Part shown: positions 20,331 to 30,374 of the stretch, piece after piece
How the letters are laid out: the number at the start of each line of letters is the position of its first letter
Numbering within the stretch: the stretch's first letter is position 1
NCBI GenBank assembly: GCA_963753055.1
Contig: CAVWAP010000004.1
Coordinates: 1,050,575-1,114,574, forward strand
Source: an uncultured Bacteroidales bacterium
Lineage (GTDB): Bacteria; Bacteroidota; Bacteroidia; Bacteroidales; B18-G4
Direction of reading: 5' to 3'
Length of the DNA stretch: 64,000 nt
Program-made: the position numbers and the translations under genes
Notes under the pieces: model-generated
Seen by the model: the letters and a program-made list of their open reading frames with translations, nothing else
The model's database searches: none
Told to the model about the DNA's origin: nothing

Positions 20331-21440
20331 TTAAAGTTTAATCGCTTTATTTTCAGCTGTTTCAGCCATAAGCAGTGAGGTGTATCCATTCTCTCCGGAA
20401 ATCTTTCGCTTATGTTCCGGGTCTTTGATCCATTGTACCTGGTCTGCAAACATGTCTGTCACCATCTCAAAATACCTTTCTTGCTTTTGAACACCCTCAC
20501 CGGCTGTGAGGATGATCTCCTTATCCGCCTGAAATTCTTTGAACCGGCCTGTGAAATTACCCTGGCCTTTCTCAAACGATTCACAGACATCTATTTCTGC
20601 ATCCGGAAAGATATCTTCCAAAGCATGCAGGTGTTCATCTTTAACCAATCCATGGATGATGATCCGTGTAGGTATCCATTCAAAGAGTGTAACGTCTCCC
20701 CGTTCAAACTGGAGTCTCAGTTCCTGCCTGTCCATTTTCAAGGCCTGGTTGAATCCATGATAAAAATTTACGAGCCCACCGGCATATTTAACAATTGCCT
20801 GTACCCTGGACCAGTAAGGCTTATCCATGCCAGGACGTTGCAGCTTCTGGGAAGAAACAACCTTGCCTTCTCCAAGCCAGCCTTCGAAGAGATCAAAAAA
20901 GTGCACAGCATGCTCGATGAAGATACCTCCGCTCAATGTTTGTTTCCACATCCAGTGCTCGGGATTGAGTCCTTCATCCGCGGCATAGTTTTCAAAATAA
21001 CCATGCAGGAAATCACCAAGGATTTGTCCTTCAACAATTTTTTGAACTTGATCATAGAGAGGATTATATCGTTGCATGAGGTTGACCGCATAGAGCAATT
21101 GCTTTTTGTGTGCGATATCAACCAGTTCCTTTGCCTCAACAGCCTTGAGGGCAGCCGGCTTTTCGCATATGACATGCTTTCCGGCCTGTAATGCCTTTTT
21201 CGTTTGTTCGTAATGCAGAAATGGAGGAGTTGCGATATAGATTAGATCGACCTCTTTAGACTTCAGCAATTCATCGAGGCTGGTAAATACTTTTCCATCG
21301 AATTTATTTTGAAACTCCTGGGCTCTTTCCTCATCAGTGTCGTATACACCAGCGACTTTCGCTTCACCTGATTTAAGAAATGCCTCCACTGAAAACAGTG
21401 AAAACCCACCTGCACCGATAACTCCAATATTGAGTATCAT
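20331..21440 (-). CDS. Gfo/Idh/MocA NAD(P)-dependent oxidoreductase
   Basis: GVIGAG, IATPPFLH, HVICEKP, EHAVHFFD. Confidence 0.92.
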   Translation of the reverse strand: MILNIGVIGAGGFSLFSVEAFLKSGEAKVAGVYDTDEERAQEFQNKFDGKVFTSLDELLKSKEVDLIYIATPPFLHYEQTKKALQAGKHVICEKPAALKAVEAKELVDIAHKKQLLYAVNLMQRYNPLYDQVQKIVEGQILGDFLHGYFENYAADEGLNPEHWMWKQTLSGGIFIEHAVHFFDLFEGWLGEGKVVSSQKLQRPGMDKPYWSRVQAIVKYAGGLVNFYHGFNQALKMDRQELRLQFERGDVTLFEWIPTRIIIHGLVKDEHLHALEDIFPDAEIDVCESFEKGQGNFTGRFKEFQADKEIILTAGEGVQKQERYFEMVTDMFADQVQWIKDPEHKRKISGENGYTSLLMAETAENKAIKL

Positions 21441-21442
21441 AA

Positions 21443-24400
21443 TTAGTATAAAATTAGTTTATTCTGAAAACTACCTTGTTTATTTGTAATGAAATAAATA
21501 CCAGCCGGCATACTACTGACGTCAATGCTCATATCGTATTGCCCAGGGCTGGTGTGATCTACTCTCCATTCCTTTACTGTCCTGCCATACGAATCATATA
21601 ATTCAAATATCTGATATCTGATATCTGATATCCGATATTTGAGGTATACCGAGTTTGTGGCTGGATTCGGATAGATTTGCAATATTTCCTGCTGATCATC
21701 AGATTCCACAATACTGGATATCTCCTCCTCATATATCTCTTTCACCTGCTCATAGGATATTCCGTAATTATAGATCCTGAGGTTGTCCATAGCACCGTTA
21801 TAGTTAAATCCTGACTGTGATGGGAGTGACTGTCCCAGGATCAGGTCGTAGTTCGTGGTGTTGATCTGTCCCTGGTAGGCCTTCACTGCATCCAGCTCAC
21901 CGTTAAGCAGCAGCTGGCAATCCGTCCCATTGTAAAGGGCAACAACGTGGTACCATGTATTTAGTTCCAGCGACGCTTCAGAATCAACATCGATGATTCC
22001 ACCACTACCGTTTAAGGTAAAGCGCAGGCGTTCGTCACTAATAGAGATCTTCCACCTGGTGGTCCAGTTTCCATGAGAGATAGGATACGCTTCCCGGTCA
22101 TAATGCTGGGCGATATTTAGCCAGAAGCAAACTGAGATGCCATCCAGGAAATTTAATTCATTTGTGTTATCTACTATAACATTACTGCTGGTTTGATAAA
22201 ATCGTACAGCACTTTCTGGTTCATCGTGCATGTCATTGACATACATGATGTTAAATGGTGTTCCGTGATTATCATAACCACTGAAGTCCCAGACCGAGTT
22301 ATTAAATTCGTATTTTAATACAAGATCACCGCTTTGTCCCTGTTCAGGGTCTTTAACCAGAACAAGCAAACTATCAGTGCTAGAGGCGTTATCTACATCC
22401 GTGACAGTACAAATAATATAATAGTTTCCCTGTGTGGCCGGAGCCTGATAAACTGCCATACTATCTGTTCCATTGATCTGCCCGGATTGTGCCGTCCATG
22501 AAAAGGTGAGCTCATCATCATTTAGATCATAGGCCTGGCAAATTAATTCACTGCTTTCATTGATGTTCATGATCCTTGGGTTGGCACTGATACTGTTAAT
22601 AACCGGTGGGTAGTTTATTTTATCAACAACCCTTACTGCGAGAGCGGCAGAATCTGACAGGTTTCCCTCATCTGTAATTTTACATGAAATTACATACTGG
22701 CCTGTATCTTCCGGTGAATTCCAGTCAAGGATGGCATCCCCTTCAACCGGAATACCATTAATAGCCCAGAAATAGTTAAAATCTTCGCTTTCACGGTCCA
22801 CTGCTGTGCAATAAATAGTTGAAATAGTATCCTGAATTATTAAGGTGTCATTTGTAGCCAGGGACTTTATCCTGGGCGGATAATTCTCCACATTCTCACC
22901 TGTATTGAAATCAATTATTATATCATTTACAAAAGCCCTATTTAATTCAAATGTGATATTTGATCCATTTGGTATCAAAACTACCATTACAGGTTGCTTT
23001 GAAGGGATTGATATTGAGGTAGTTGAGCTGATGTTGGTAGCGATGATTTGGTTGAGGATGCCATCCCATATATCCCATACACCGGAAGGCATTGATATCT
23101 CTACGTTATGGGACTGATCGTGGGGGTTAAAATATAAATATGAGTCATAGGCATCAGTACCATAATAATCAGTAGCCAGCAGGTCCAGTTGAAGGATCCC
23201 GGAGATATTTGTCTCTCGGATTAAAGCACCAAGTATTCCGACGTGCGATGAGCCATACAATCCCAGGTTAGTTTGCGCCCATCCTCCACCCATGGCATCT
23301 CCGGTACCATAAGGGCCGGCCATTTGCTCTCTCAGCGCTTCATAGGCAATGACATATTCAGGATCGTAAACTCCTGTCCAGTCCTCATTATCCTGCATCT
23401 CATCGCTTAGAAAGCCTGAATAATAGAGTCGTGAGGCATTGGCCAGGTTGAGCATCCATTTACCAATAGCCTTTGCAAACCTGTCGTCGTACCTTGTCAT
23501 AGGTACGAGGGCCCCGGCGTGCTCAAAACCATTCATATTGAACGCGTAGTCAGGAAAGTCTTCACGAGCTTCGCCTACGAGGCCGGAGACATCATTTCCA
23601 CCCCAGTTACCAACAATGGTACCCCATCCGCGCAGGTCGCCTACATCGAAACACCAGTTTAACATCTTCTCCACGTCGTAATCGGTTCCCAGGATTGCAT
23701 TCATCCTGGCCGCCATGTAGACCCCATAAGGAAGCTGTATTTCATAGGAGGGATTATCATTCCAGCTACTAAGAAATTCAAGGCACCACTCTGCGCCAAT
23801 CCGGTATTTTTCGTGACCTGTTTCCGTATAGGCATTATATAGAATCCATGCGAGTGCACCGGCTGCTTCAGGCTGCTTGACACCTGATTCGAGCGGGGCC
23901 ATATCACTGAGAATGAATGCCCTGTAATTCATATATGGTTTTTCCCAGGGCGTATTGCCTCCACCCATTGCCTTGACGGCCTGTAACCACCGGTCGGCAA
24001 TCGTAATAAATTGATAATCGAAATCACCAGTGTGTGGATAAAGATAGTTTAGCTGGTAGAAGAAGACATTGGGCATGGTTTCGTACCACCAGTCATGACC
24101 TGAGGATGAATTGGGCCCATTCAGGTAGACATTCTCAGACGGTCTTCGGTTAAAATACTCTTCGCAGTACAAAGCCCAGTTATGGCCAAATTGGTTTGAC
24201 TTGTCAATTCCGTTTAGTGAAGCACCGACAACAGATGCCAAAACATTTATTGCTTCTATGCCCGGCGGGTTATTGGTCCCAACATAGGATTGAATGCCAA
24301 AAGTAGGGTGGGTGGGATAATTATTTGTACTGCTGACTATCGTCGTAAGTGGAAGGTGGGTTCCTGTTGAATTCAGGTCAAATACAAGTGAATCATATTG

Positions 24401-24544
24401 TTGGGCTACCTGTTTCCAGTCCCTCATCTCATATGGTTGTGGAAAATCAGGCATCTGATCCACGCGAGGTATATCAATTTGTTGTGAGTAAAGTGTTTGT
24501 AGCAGAAAAAAAGACAGGCATATGGCGATTAGCTGACGTTTCAT
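21443..24544 (-). CDS. Large secreted protein: unassigned N-terminal catalytic-like domain, Ig-like repeats, LamG, T9SS CTD
   Basis: Signal peptide from MKRQ (24544); ~550 aa Trp/Glu/Asp-rich domain; two PP.I.S Ig modules; LamG (WYHVV, MDNLRIYN); IYPNP CTD. Confidence 0.8.
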   Translation of the reverse strand: MKRQLIAICLSFFLLQTLYSQQIDIPRVDQMPDFPQPYEMRDWKQVAQQYDSLVFDLNSTGTHLPLTTIVSSTNNYPTHPTFGIQSYVGTNNPPGIEAINVLASVVGASLNGIDKSNQFGHNWALYCEEYFNRRPSENVYLNGPNSSSGHDWWYETMPNVFFYQLNYLYPHTGDFDYQFITIADRWLQAVKAMGGGNTPWEKPYMNYRAFILSDMAPLESGVKQPEAAGALAWILYNAYTETGHEKYRIGAEWCLEFLSSWNDNPSYEIQLPYGVYMAARMNAILGTDYDVEKMLNWCFDVGDLRGWGTIVGNWGGNDVSGLVGEAREDFPDYAFNMNGFEHAGALVPMTRYDDRFAKAIGKWMLNLANASRLYYSGFLSDEMQDNEDWTGVYDPEYVIAYEALREQMAGPYGTGDAMGGGWAQTNLGLYGSSHVGILGALIRETNISGILQLDLLATDYYGTDAYDSYLYFNPHDQSHNVEISMPSGVWDIWDGILNQIIATNISSTTSISIPSKQPVMVVLIPNGSNITFELNRAFVNDIIIDFNTGENVENYPPRIKSLATNDTLIIQDTISTIYCTAVDRESEDFNYFWAINGIPVEGDAILDWNSPEDTGQYVISCKITDEGNLSDSAALAVRVVDKINYPPVINSISANPRIMNINESSELICQAYDLNDDELTFSWTAQSGQINGTDSMAVYQAPATQGNYYIICTVTDVDNASSTDSLLVLVKDPEQGQSGDLVLKYEFNNSVWDFSGYDNHGTPFNIMYVNDMHDEPESAVRFYQTSSNVIVDNTNELNFLDGISVCFWLNIAQHYDREAYPISHGNWTTRWKISISDERLRFTLNGSGGIIDVDSEASLELNTWYHVVALYNGTDCQLLLNGELDAVKAYQGQINTTNYDLILGQSLPSQSGFNYNGAMDNLRIYNYGISYEQVKEIYEEEISSIVESDDQQEILQIYPNPATNSVYLKYRISDIRYQIFELYDSYGRTVKEWRVDHTSPGQYDMSIDVSSMPAGIYFITNKQGSFQNKLILY

Positions 24545-24555
24545 GTTGTAAATAT

Positions 24556-24694
24556 AGTGATTAAGTGATTGAGTGATTAAGTGATTAAGTAAATATGTAT
24601 ATTTGATATTCATTGAAACTGATACTAGTCACAAACTCACTCAATCACCTAATCACTCAATCACTCAATCACTCAATCACTTAATTACTTAATC
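24556..24694. repeat. Inverted pair of octamer arrays (agtgatt[a/g])n ... ([c/t]aatcact)n
   Basis: Left arm 24556-24591, right arm ~24635-24694; attaagtgattgagtgatt has an exact reverse complement in the right arm. Confidence 0.92.
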
Positions 24695-24702
24695 CCTTAC
24701 AA

Positions 24703-25062
24703 ATGAAAACACACATCATAAGTCTTATCAACGCACTGGTGCTTATTGCACTGGGACTCTGGGGTTATTTTGGATCAGATACAGCATCCTTTACAGCCTT
24801 GATTCCGGTAGCTGTCGGCATAATACTTGTATTGTTGAATCCTGGTCTGCGGAAAGAAAAAAAGCTTGAAGCCCATATTGCTGTGGTTTTAACATTTCTT
24901 GTTGGCCTTGGTTTGATAAAGCCACTTCTTGGCGCTTTGGAAAGAGATGATACCATGGCTATTGCAAGGGTAGGAGTGATGATGTTATTTACATTAATCG
25001 CATTGATCTATTTCATTAAGAGTTTTATTGCTGCCAGGAAGAATTCGGGAAAGGCGGGCTAA
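24703..25062 (+). CDS. Small four-TM membrane protein
   Basis: Four hydrophobic helices, SFTALIP motif. Confidence 0.8.
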   Translation: MKTHIISLINALVLIALGLWGYFGSDTASFTALIPVAVGIILVLLNPGLRKEKKLEAHIAVVLTFLVGLGLIKPLLGALERDDTMAIARVGVMMLFTLIALIYFIKSFIAARKNSGKAG

Positions 25063-25082
25063 TATTGTAACCTGTTCAAGAC

Positions 25083-25763
25083 TTAGCCACTCTTGCTTAT
25101 TTGTTCTAGTAATTTCTCATTGAGGATCTTGATTTTCCTTCCATCCAAACTGATGATATTGTCAGCATCAAATTGCACAAGGACACGACTTACACTTTCA
25201 CGGGAAGCACATATCATATCTCCAAATTCATTCCTGGTTAAAGGGATGGTGAATTCGTTACTTTCAAAAATAGCCTGGGAAAAGTTTAATAATGTATCAG
25301 CAATACGGCCAGTTAACTGCTTATGTTTATGATTGACGCATTTGTGCACGCTATCTAATTCTTCCTTGCAGAGATTAATAATTATCTCATAGGCAAACAT
25401 GCCATTTTTATAGATAAAGTGCTTGAAGGCATCTAGATCAATAAAGCATGCAATCGTATCATCAACAGCAGTTGCAGAATACTGGTTAATCTTATCTGCG
25501 AAAGTGGTTGGGAGGCCAAGGAAAGTCGGTCCTTTAGTTACCTTGATGATTTGCTCTTTGCCCATTACTGTCAGGTGCACCTTGACCAAACCAGTTTTGA
25601 TGTAGACAACATTTGATGAAAAAGCATCCTGCTTGAATAATATCTCACCTTTCTTAAATTCAACCTGGGCACATTTGGATTCAAGAATACCTAACTCGCT
25701 TTCATCCAAGATAGCAGCAGCAGAAGATATGAAATTGCAATTTTTACACGGAGTTTTTTCCAT
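25083..25763 (-). CDS. Crp/Fnr family transcriptional regulator
   Basis: N-terminal CKNC, cNMP-binding fold, HTH LTRNEFGDMICASRESVSR. Confidence 0.93.
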   Translation of the reverse strand: MEKTPCKNCNFISSAAAILDESELGILESKCAQVEFKKGEILFKQDAFSSNVVYIKTGLVKVHLTVMGKEQIIKVTKGPTFLGLPTTFADKINQYSATAVDDTIACFIDLDAFKHFIYKNGMFAYEIIINLCKEELDSVHKCVNHKHKQLTGRIADTLLNFSQAIFESNEFTIPLTRNEFGDMICASRESVSRVLVQFDADNIISLDGRKIKILNEKLLEQISKSG

Positions 25764-25799
25764 CTTACATCGTAGTTACAATAATTAACACCCAGAGCC

Positions 25800-25815
25800 T
25801 GTGATATGCATCACA
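25800..25815. promoter_or_regulatory. Crp-type operator TGTGA-N6-TCACA
   Basis: Perfect palindrome tgtgatatgcatcaca between the Crp/Fnr gene and the divergent dsrE operon. Confidence 0.85.
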
Positions 25816-25890
25816 GTTTTTTGTTCATGATCCCATATGGTTTTGTGGTGAGCATAACAGCAAAAAGTATCTACTAAAGGGACCACTCCA

Positions 25891-25898
25891 TAGCTTTG
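25891..25898 (+). promoter_or_regulatory. -7 promoter element of the dsrE-tusA-hdr operon
   Basis: TAGCTTTG matches TAnnTTTG, about 50 nt upstream of the ATG. Confidence 0.55.
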
Positions 25899-25949
25899 TG
25901 TTAATTAATTAACAAATATAATTTATTAATACCTAAATAGTGTAAAAAC

Positions 25950-26372
25950 ATGGAAAAAAAAATGTGTTTAGCAATGTTCTCCGGTGGGATTGACCGGCTA
26001 ACTGCAGCAGGAGTTGTAATTAGCGGTGCCGCTGCAGACGATATGGATATTGATATTTATGTTCTATTAATGGGCGCGAGAGCATTCATGAAAGACAATG
26101 CATCAGATGTGGATAAACTTGAGCTTAGTGAATATCAAGACCTGAAAGAGGATTTTCTTAATTCAGCTAAACAACTGAATGTTAAGCCCTGGCTTGACTT
26201 TTTTAAGGAAGCCAAGGAACTGACCAATGTAAAGATCCATATCTGCGGACTGGCAGGAAAATTATGGGGAGGGGAAAAATTAGAAGACTTCGTAGATATT
26301 GCCGATGACATTGTTGGAATTAACGAATACATTACCGCTGCACAGGAAGCAGACATTCATTTATTTATATAA
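25950..26372 (+). CDS. DsrE/DsrF/DrsH-like (DsrE2-type) sulfur-relay protein
   Basis: FSG..D, VKIHIC, IVGI..Y......D..LFI pattern. Confidence 0.8.
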   Translation: MEKKMCLAMFSGGIDRLTAAGVVISGAAADDMDIDIYVLLMGARAFMKDNASDVDKLELSEYQDLKEDFLNSAKQLNVKPWLDFFKEAKELTNVKIHICGLAGKLWGGEKLEDFVDIADDIVGINEYITAAQEADIHLFI

Positions 26373-26391
26373 ACTTAAAACAATTAAAATC

Positions 26392-26643
26392 ATGTCAACA
26401 GATGAATTAAATCAACTCACTGTTAGTAAGGTCGTTGATGCTCGCGGAACTGCATGTCCAGGACCCTTGCTAGCTGCAAAGAAAGCTATTGGAGAAATAA
26501 ACTCAGGAGAAATTATGGAGATACTGTCTGCCGATGAAGGAACAAAAAGAGATGTTCCCAAATGGGCCAATAAAAAGGGTCATGAGTACCTGGGTACCGT
26601 TGAAGAATCCGGGTTTTTTAAAATTTATTTAAAGAAAGCTTAG
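26392..26643 (+). CDS. tusA: TusA-family sulfur carrier
   Basis: VDARGTACPGP motif, 83 aa from ATG 26392. Confidence 0.92.
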   Translation: MSTDELNQLTVSKVVDARGTACPGPLLAAKKAIGEINSGEIMEILSADEGTKRDVPKWANKKGHEYLGTVEESGFFKIYLKKA

Positions 26644-26670
26644 ATCACATGGAACCGAACATTTACATCT

Positions 26671-27054
26671 ATGGATCCTAAAATCCTGGTTTTTTCAACA
26701 GAAAAGATATCCGATCCTGCTATTGATCTTAGCAGGATTACTGAAAAATGCATTATCCACCAACAGTTTATACCATTAATTCTGCCATGCTCAAGTGCCA
26801 TAAAGATCAGATGGATACTGCATGCTTTTGAAAAGGGATTTGATGGTGTTTTTATTGCTGCTGATGGTACAGATTGTTCATATAGTGAAATTGTTCCACG
26901 AAAGAACAGGGAATATTGTGACGAGGGCGCACGAGAATGATGAAAGAAAAAGGGATTGAACCTTCCAGACTAAAAATGGCAGCAATTTGTTCGGTTTGCT
27001 ACCGAACCTTTTGTGAAGCATATGAAAAGTTTTATCGCTGATCTGGCAGAATAG
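26671..27054 (+). CDS. mvhD: MvhD/FlpD-like iron-sulfur subunit, broken by several indels
   Basis: Pieces across frames: PKILVFS, HYPPTV, PCSS, AFEKGFDGVFI...DC, GIEPSRLKMAAICSVC.EPF. Confidence 0.8.
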
Positions 27055-27077
27055 CAAATGTTAACTGGTTTGAAACC

Positions 27078-28416
27078 ATGCGCAATAAAGTGATTAATCT
27101 ACCTAAATACCTTATAACACAGGAAAATCAAATGAATATGATACTCTTGTAATAGGAGGAGGCATTGCCGGAGAGGAAGCAGCTTTGAATATGGCCAATC
27201 TCGGGTATAAAGTTATACTTGTAGAGAAAGACTATTCTCTGGGAGGGAAAATGATACATTTGAGTAAAGTTTTTCCAACCCTCGATTGCGCTGCATGCAT
27301 CACTACCCCTAAAGTATCTGAAACAGCCACGACACCCAAACATAACAATATTATACATATTCTGATCATTGAGCAATTGAAAAGCATTCAGAAAATGATT
27401 TTACGGCAGATCTTGTTGAAAAGCCAAGGTATGTTACAGAGGAATGTACCGGTTGTCAGATTTGTGAAAATAATTGCCCGGTGGTGGTTGAAGACCAGTA
27501 TCAATACAACCTGGTTGGCAGAAAAGCATTTATGTGCCATTTCAGCATTGCCAATCCACGAATTGCAGCCATAGATATTGAAAACTGTATACTTTGTGGA
27601 TTATGTGAAAAAGTATGTCCTGCCAATGCCATTGATTTTACACAGGAAGAAAAACGAACCCGTATTTATTTGAAGTCAATCATCTTCGCAACCGGCTATA
27701 ATCTATTTGATCCGACTTTGATTCCAAGATACGGTTTTGGAAAGTTCCAGAACGTTATTACATCCATGCAGATGGAACGACAGCTGGTACCTACCCGGCC
27801 ATTTAATGCAGTATTGCGTCCAAAAGATGGTAAAATGCCGGATAACATTGCCTATGTACTGTGCACAGGTTCCCGGGATGAAACAATTGGTAATCCCATC
27901 TGTTCCCAGGTGTGTTGCATGTATTCTACCAAACAGGCACAACTATTATTGGGTGCTTTGCCCATGGCAGATGTAACCATTTATTATCTTCATATCAGGG
28001 CATTTGGGAAAGGTTTCTGTGAGTTTTACCAGCAATCTAAAGCGATGGGGGTTGAATTTGTAAAAGGCAAGATTGGAAGAATAGCTGAGAAAGAGAATGG
28101 CAACTTCTTGCTCAGGTACGAAGATTTTGAGGATGGAAAAGTCAAGGAAGCGGAACATGACCTGGTGGTTCTCTCAGTTGGAATATTGCCGAATACTGAT
28201 TATTCAGAAATGTTTAAAAAGGAAACGATTGATGAGGATCATTAATTATATAAACAAGTTGATGAATTGTGCTGCCCTGCTAAAACAAACATAGACGGGA
28301 TTTTTGTAGCAGGAACAGCCTCAGGGCCTATGGATATTCCGGATTCAATTTTATCAGCCGGCGCTGCATCATCAGAAACAGCAAGTTATATAAGGGGAGG
28401 TGAAAATGAAAAATAA
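27078..28416 (+). CDS. hdrA: HdrA/QmoA-like flavoprotein, copy 1 (frameshifted)
   Basis: LVIGGGIAG, KVFPTLDCAAC, ferredoxin motifs, CTGSRD..CSQVCC, GIFVAG..SGP.DI; split over several frames. Confidence 0.85.
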
Positions 28417-30340
28417 AATAGGTGTTTATATTTGTCATTGCGGGTCGAATATTTCTGATTATGTGGACGTTGAGAAAGTAAATGATATCATCAAAGAGAT
28501 TGATGGGGTTGGACTGTCAAAAACAACCATGTTTGCATGCGCTGATCCGTCGCAGCAGGAGATCGTCAGTGATATCCAGGATAAAAACCTTGATGCTATT
28601 GTTGTAGCTTCATGCTCTCCCAAGCTTCATTTGTATACATTCAGAAATGTTGCCATACGGGCAGGACTTAATCCTTATAATTATGTCCAGGTAAACATTC
28701 GGGAGCAATGTTCATGGGCACATTCAGATAACCCGGAGAAGGCCACAGAAAAAGCCATTCAACTGATCAAAAGCGGTATCGCCAGGGCTAAGTATTCTGA
28801 AGCCCTCAGCTCCAATTTCATCTCGGCTGAGAATGTTGTAGTGGTTGTTGGGGCAGGAATAGCAGGTATGCGTGCGGCTATTGAACTTGCAGATATGGGT
28901 TCCTATGTGTATTTATTAGAACGTGAATATTTTGTAGGGGGTAGGGCAGCTCAATGGAATGAATTGTATTCAACCAATGAAACAGGAAGGGAAGTGATTA
29001 CAAAGTTGTATCATAAGATCAAAGGGTATGATAAAATCACACTTTTTACTGGTGCGGAAATAATATCAAATACTGGGATGGTTGGCAATTTTGATATTAC
29101 GGTTAAAGTAAAAGCCAGACATATTAAGCCGGATTGCAAACTTGACTGGGAGAAATTCCAAAAGGCTGTTGAAGTGTGCCCGGTTGAAATCGATGATCCT
29201 TTTAATTTTGGCCTGACCAAACAAAAAGCGATCTATAAAAACTATCCCAGCGAATTTCCCGAAATTCCTGCTATCAATACAGACGCATGCACCAGGTGTG
29301 GGGCCTGTGTGGATATCTGTGAGAACATTGACCTGGACCAGCAGGATGAAATCATAACCATTAAAGCAGGCGCTTATGTATTAAGTACAGGCTTTGATCC
29401 CTATGAGCCTCAACAGGGTGAGTTTGGATACAAGGAAATTGATAATGTGATTACACTTCAGCAGTTAAAAAGACTGGTTGAATTAAGTGAAAAGGAGTTA
29501 ATATTTCAAGGGAAAAAGATCAAAGATATTGCCTTCATATATTGTGTTGGAAGCCGGCAGCTTGATGGAGAGAATAAATATTGCTCGCGTTATTGCTGCA
29601 CTTCAGCAATACATACATCAATCCTGTTAAAAGAAAGGTTTGACGATATCAACAGCTTCCACTTCAACAGGGGGATCAGGACATATGGGAAGCAGGAGGT
29701 ACTTTATAAACAATCGTCAGAAAACGGGGATATCTTCCTTCAATCATTTGAAGAAGAACCACCTACAGTTGAAAGGCGAAGAGATAAGACATTCGTCAAG
29801 ATTAATGATTACCTGACCCTTGGTAAAGAGATTGAAGTCATGGCAGACCTGGTCGTACTGGTTACAGGGATGGTACCCAGGGATGAAAATGCTATTGGCG
29901 GTATTCTAAAAGTACCCCTGGGAAGGGATAAGTTCTTCAATGAGATACATCCCAAGCTAAGACCTGTTGAGACTGTGATAGATGGCATATATATTTGTGG
30001 TGCCAGCCAGGGCCCTAAAAATATAACTGAATCAGTTAATTCAGCATTATCTGCAGCATCAAAAGCGAATTCTCTCCTTAACAAAGGTAAAATTGAACTG
30101 GAGCCTACACTTGCCACCATAGATCAATCCCTCTGTACATCATGTAATAAATGTTCCGAGGAATGTCCATTTGATGCAATCAATGTATCCAAACAGGATG
30201 AACATACCGTGACCCAGGTTGATGAATCCAGATGTAAAGGATGTGGAATATGCCTTCCTGTATGCCCTGAGAACGCAATACAGCTAATAGGTTACACAGA
30301 CCAGGAGATTGAAAGTATGATAGAAGCACTTATGGCTTAA
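28406..30340 (+). CDS. hdrA: HdrA-family flavo-iron-sulfur protein, copy 2
   Basis: IGVYICHCG.NI, NIREQCSW, VVGAGIAG, CVGSR...YCSRYCC, two C-terminal CxxCxxCxxxCP. Confidence 0.93.
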   Translation: MKNKIGVYICHCGSNISDYVDVEKVNDIIKEIDGVGLSKTTMFACADPSQQEIVSDIQDKNLDAIVVASCSPKLHLYTFRNVAIRAGLNPYNYVQVNIREQCSWAHSDNPEKATEKAIQLIKSGIARAKYSEALSSNFISAENVVVVVGAGIAGMRAAIELADMGSYVYLLEREYFVGGRAAQWNELYSTNETGREVITKLYHKIKGYDKITLFTGAEIISNTGMVGNFDITVKVKARHIKPDCKLDWEKFQKAVEVCPVEIDDPFNFGLTKQKAIYKNYPSEFPEIPAINTDACTRCGACVDICENIDLDQQDEIITIKAGAYVLSTGFDPYEPQQGEFGYKEIDNVITLQQLKRLVELSEKELIFQGKKIKDIAFIYCVGSRQLDGENKYCSRYCCTSAIHTSILLKERFDDINSFHFNRGIRTYGKQEVLYKQSSENGDIFLQSFEEEPPTVERRRDKTFVKINDYLTLGKEIEVMADLVVLVTGMVPRDENAIGGILKVPLGRDKFFNEIHPKLRPVETVIDGIYICGASQGPKNITESVNSALSAASKANSLLNKGKIELEPTLATIDQSLCTSCNKCSEECPFDAINVSKQDEHTVTQVDESRCKGCGICLPVCPENAIQLIGYTDQEIESMIEALMA

Positions 30341-30374
30341 GTACAGCTATTATTGAGCGTTGTTGGAATAACAA

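Noticed and set aside
2922-24613. Prophage or ICE starting at the integrase
   Set aside because: No phage, relaxase or conjugation genes and no att duplication; the downstream genes form a PUL.
26671-30340. Selenocysteine recoding in MvhD/HdrA
   Set aside because: The breaks are frame changes, not in-frame TGA at conserved Cys positions.
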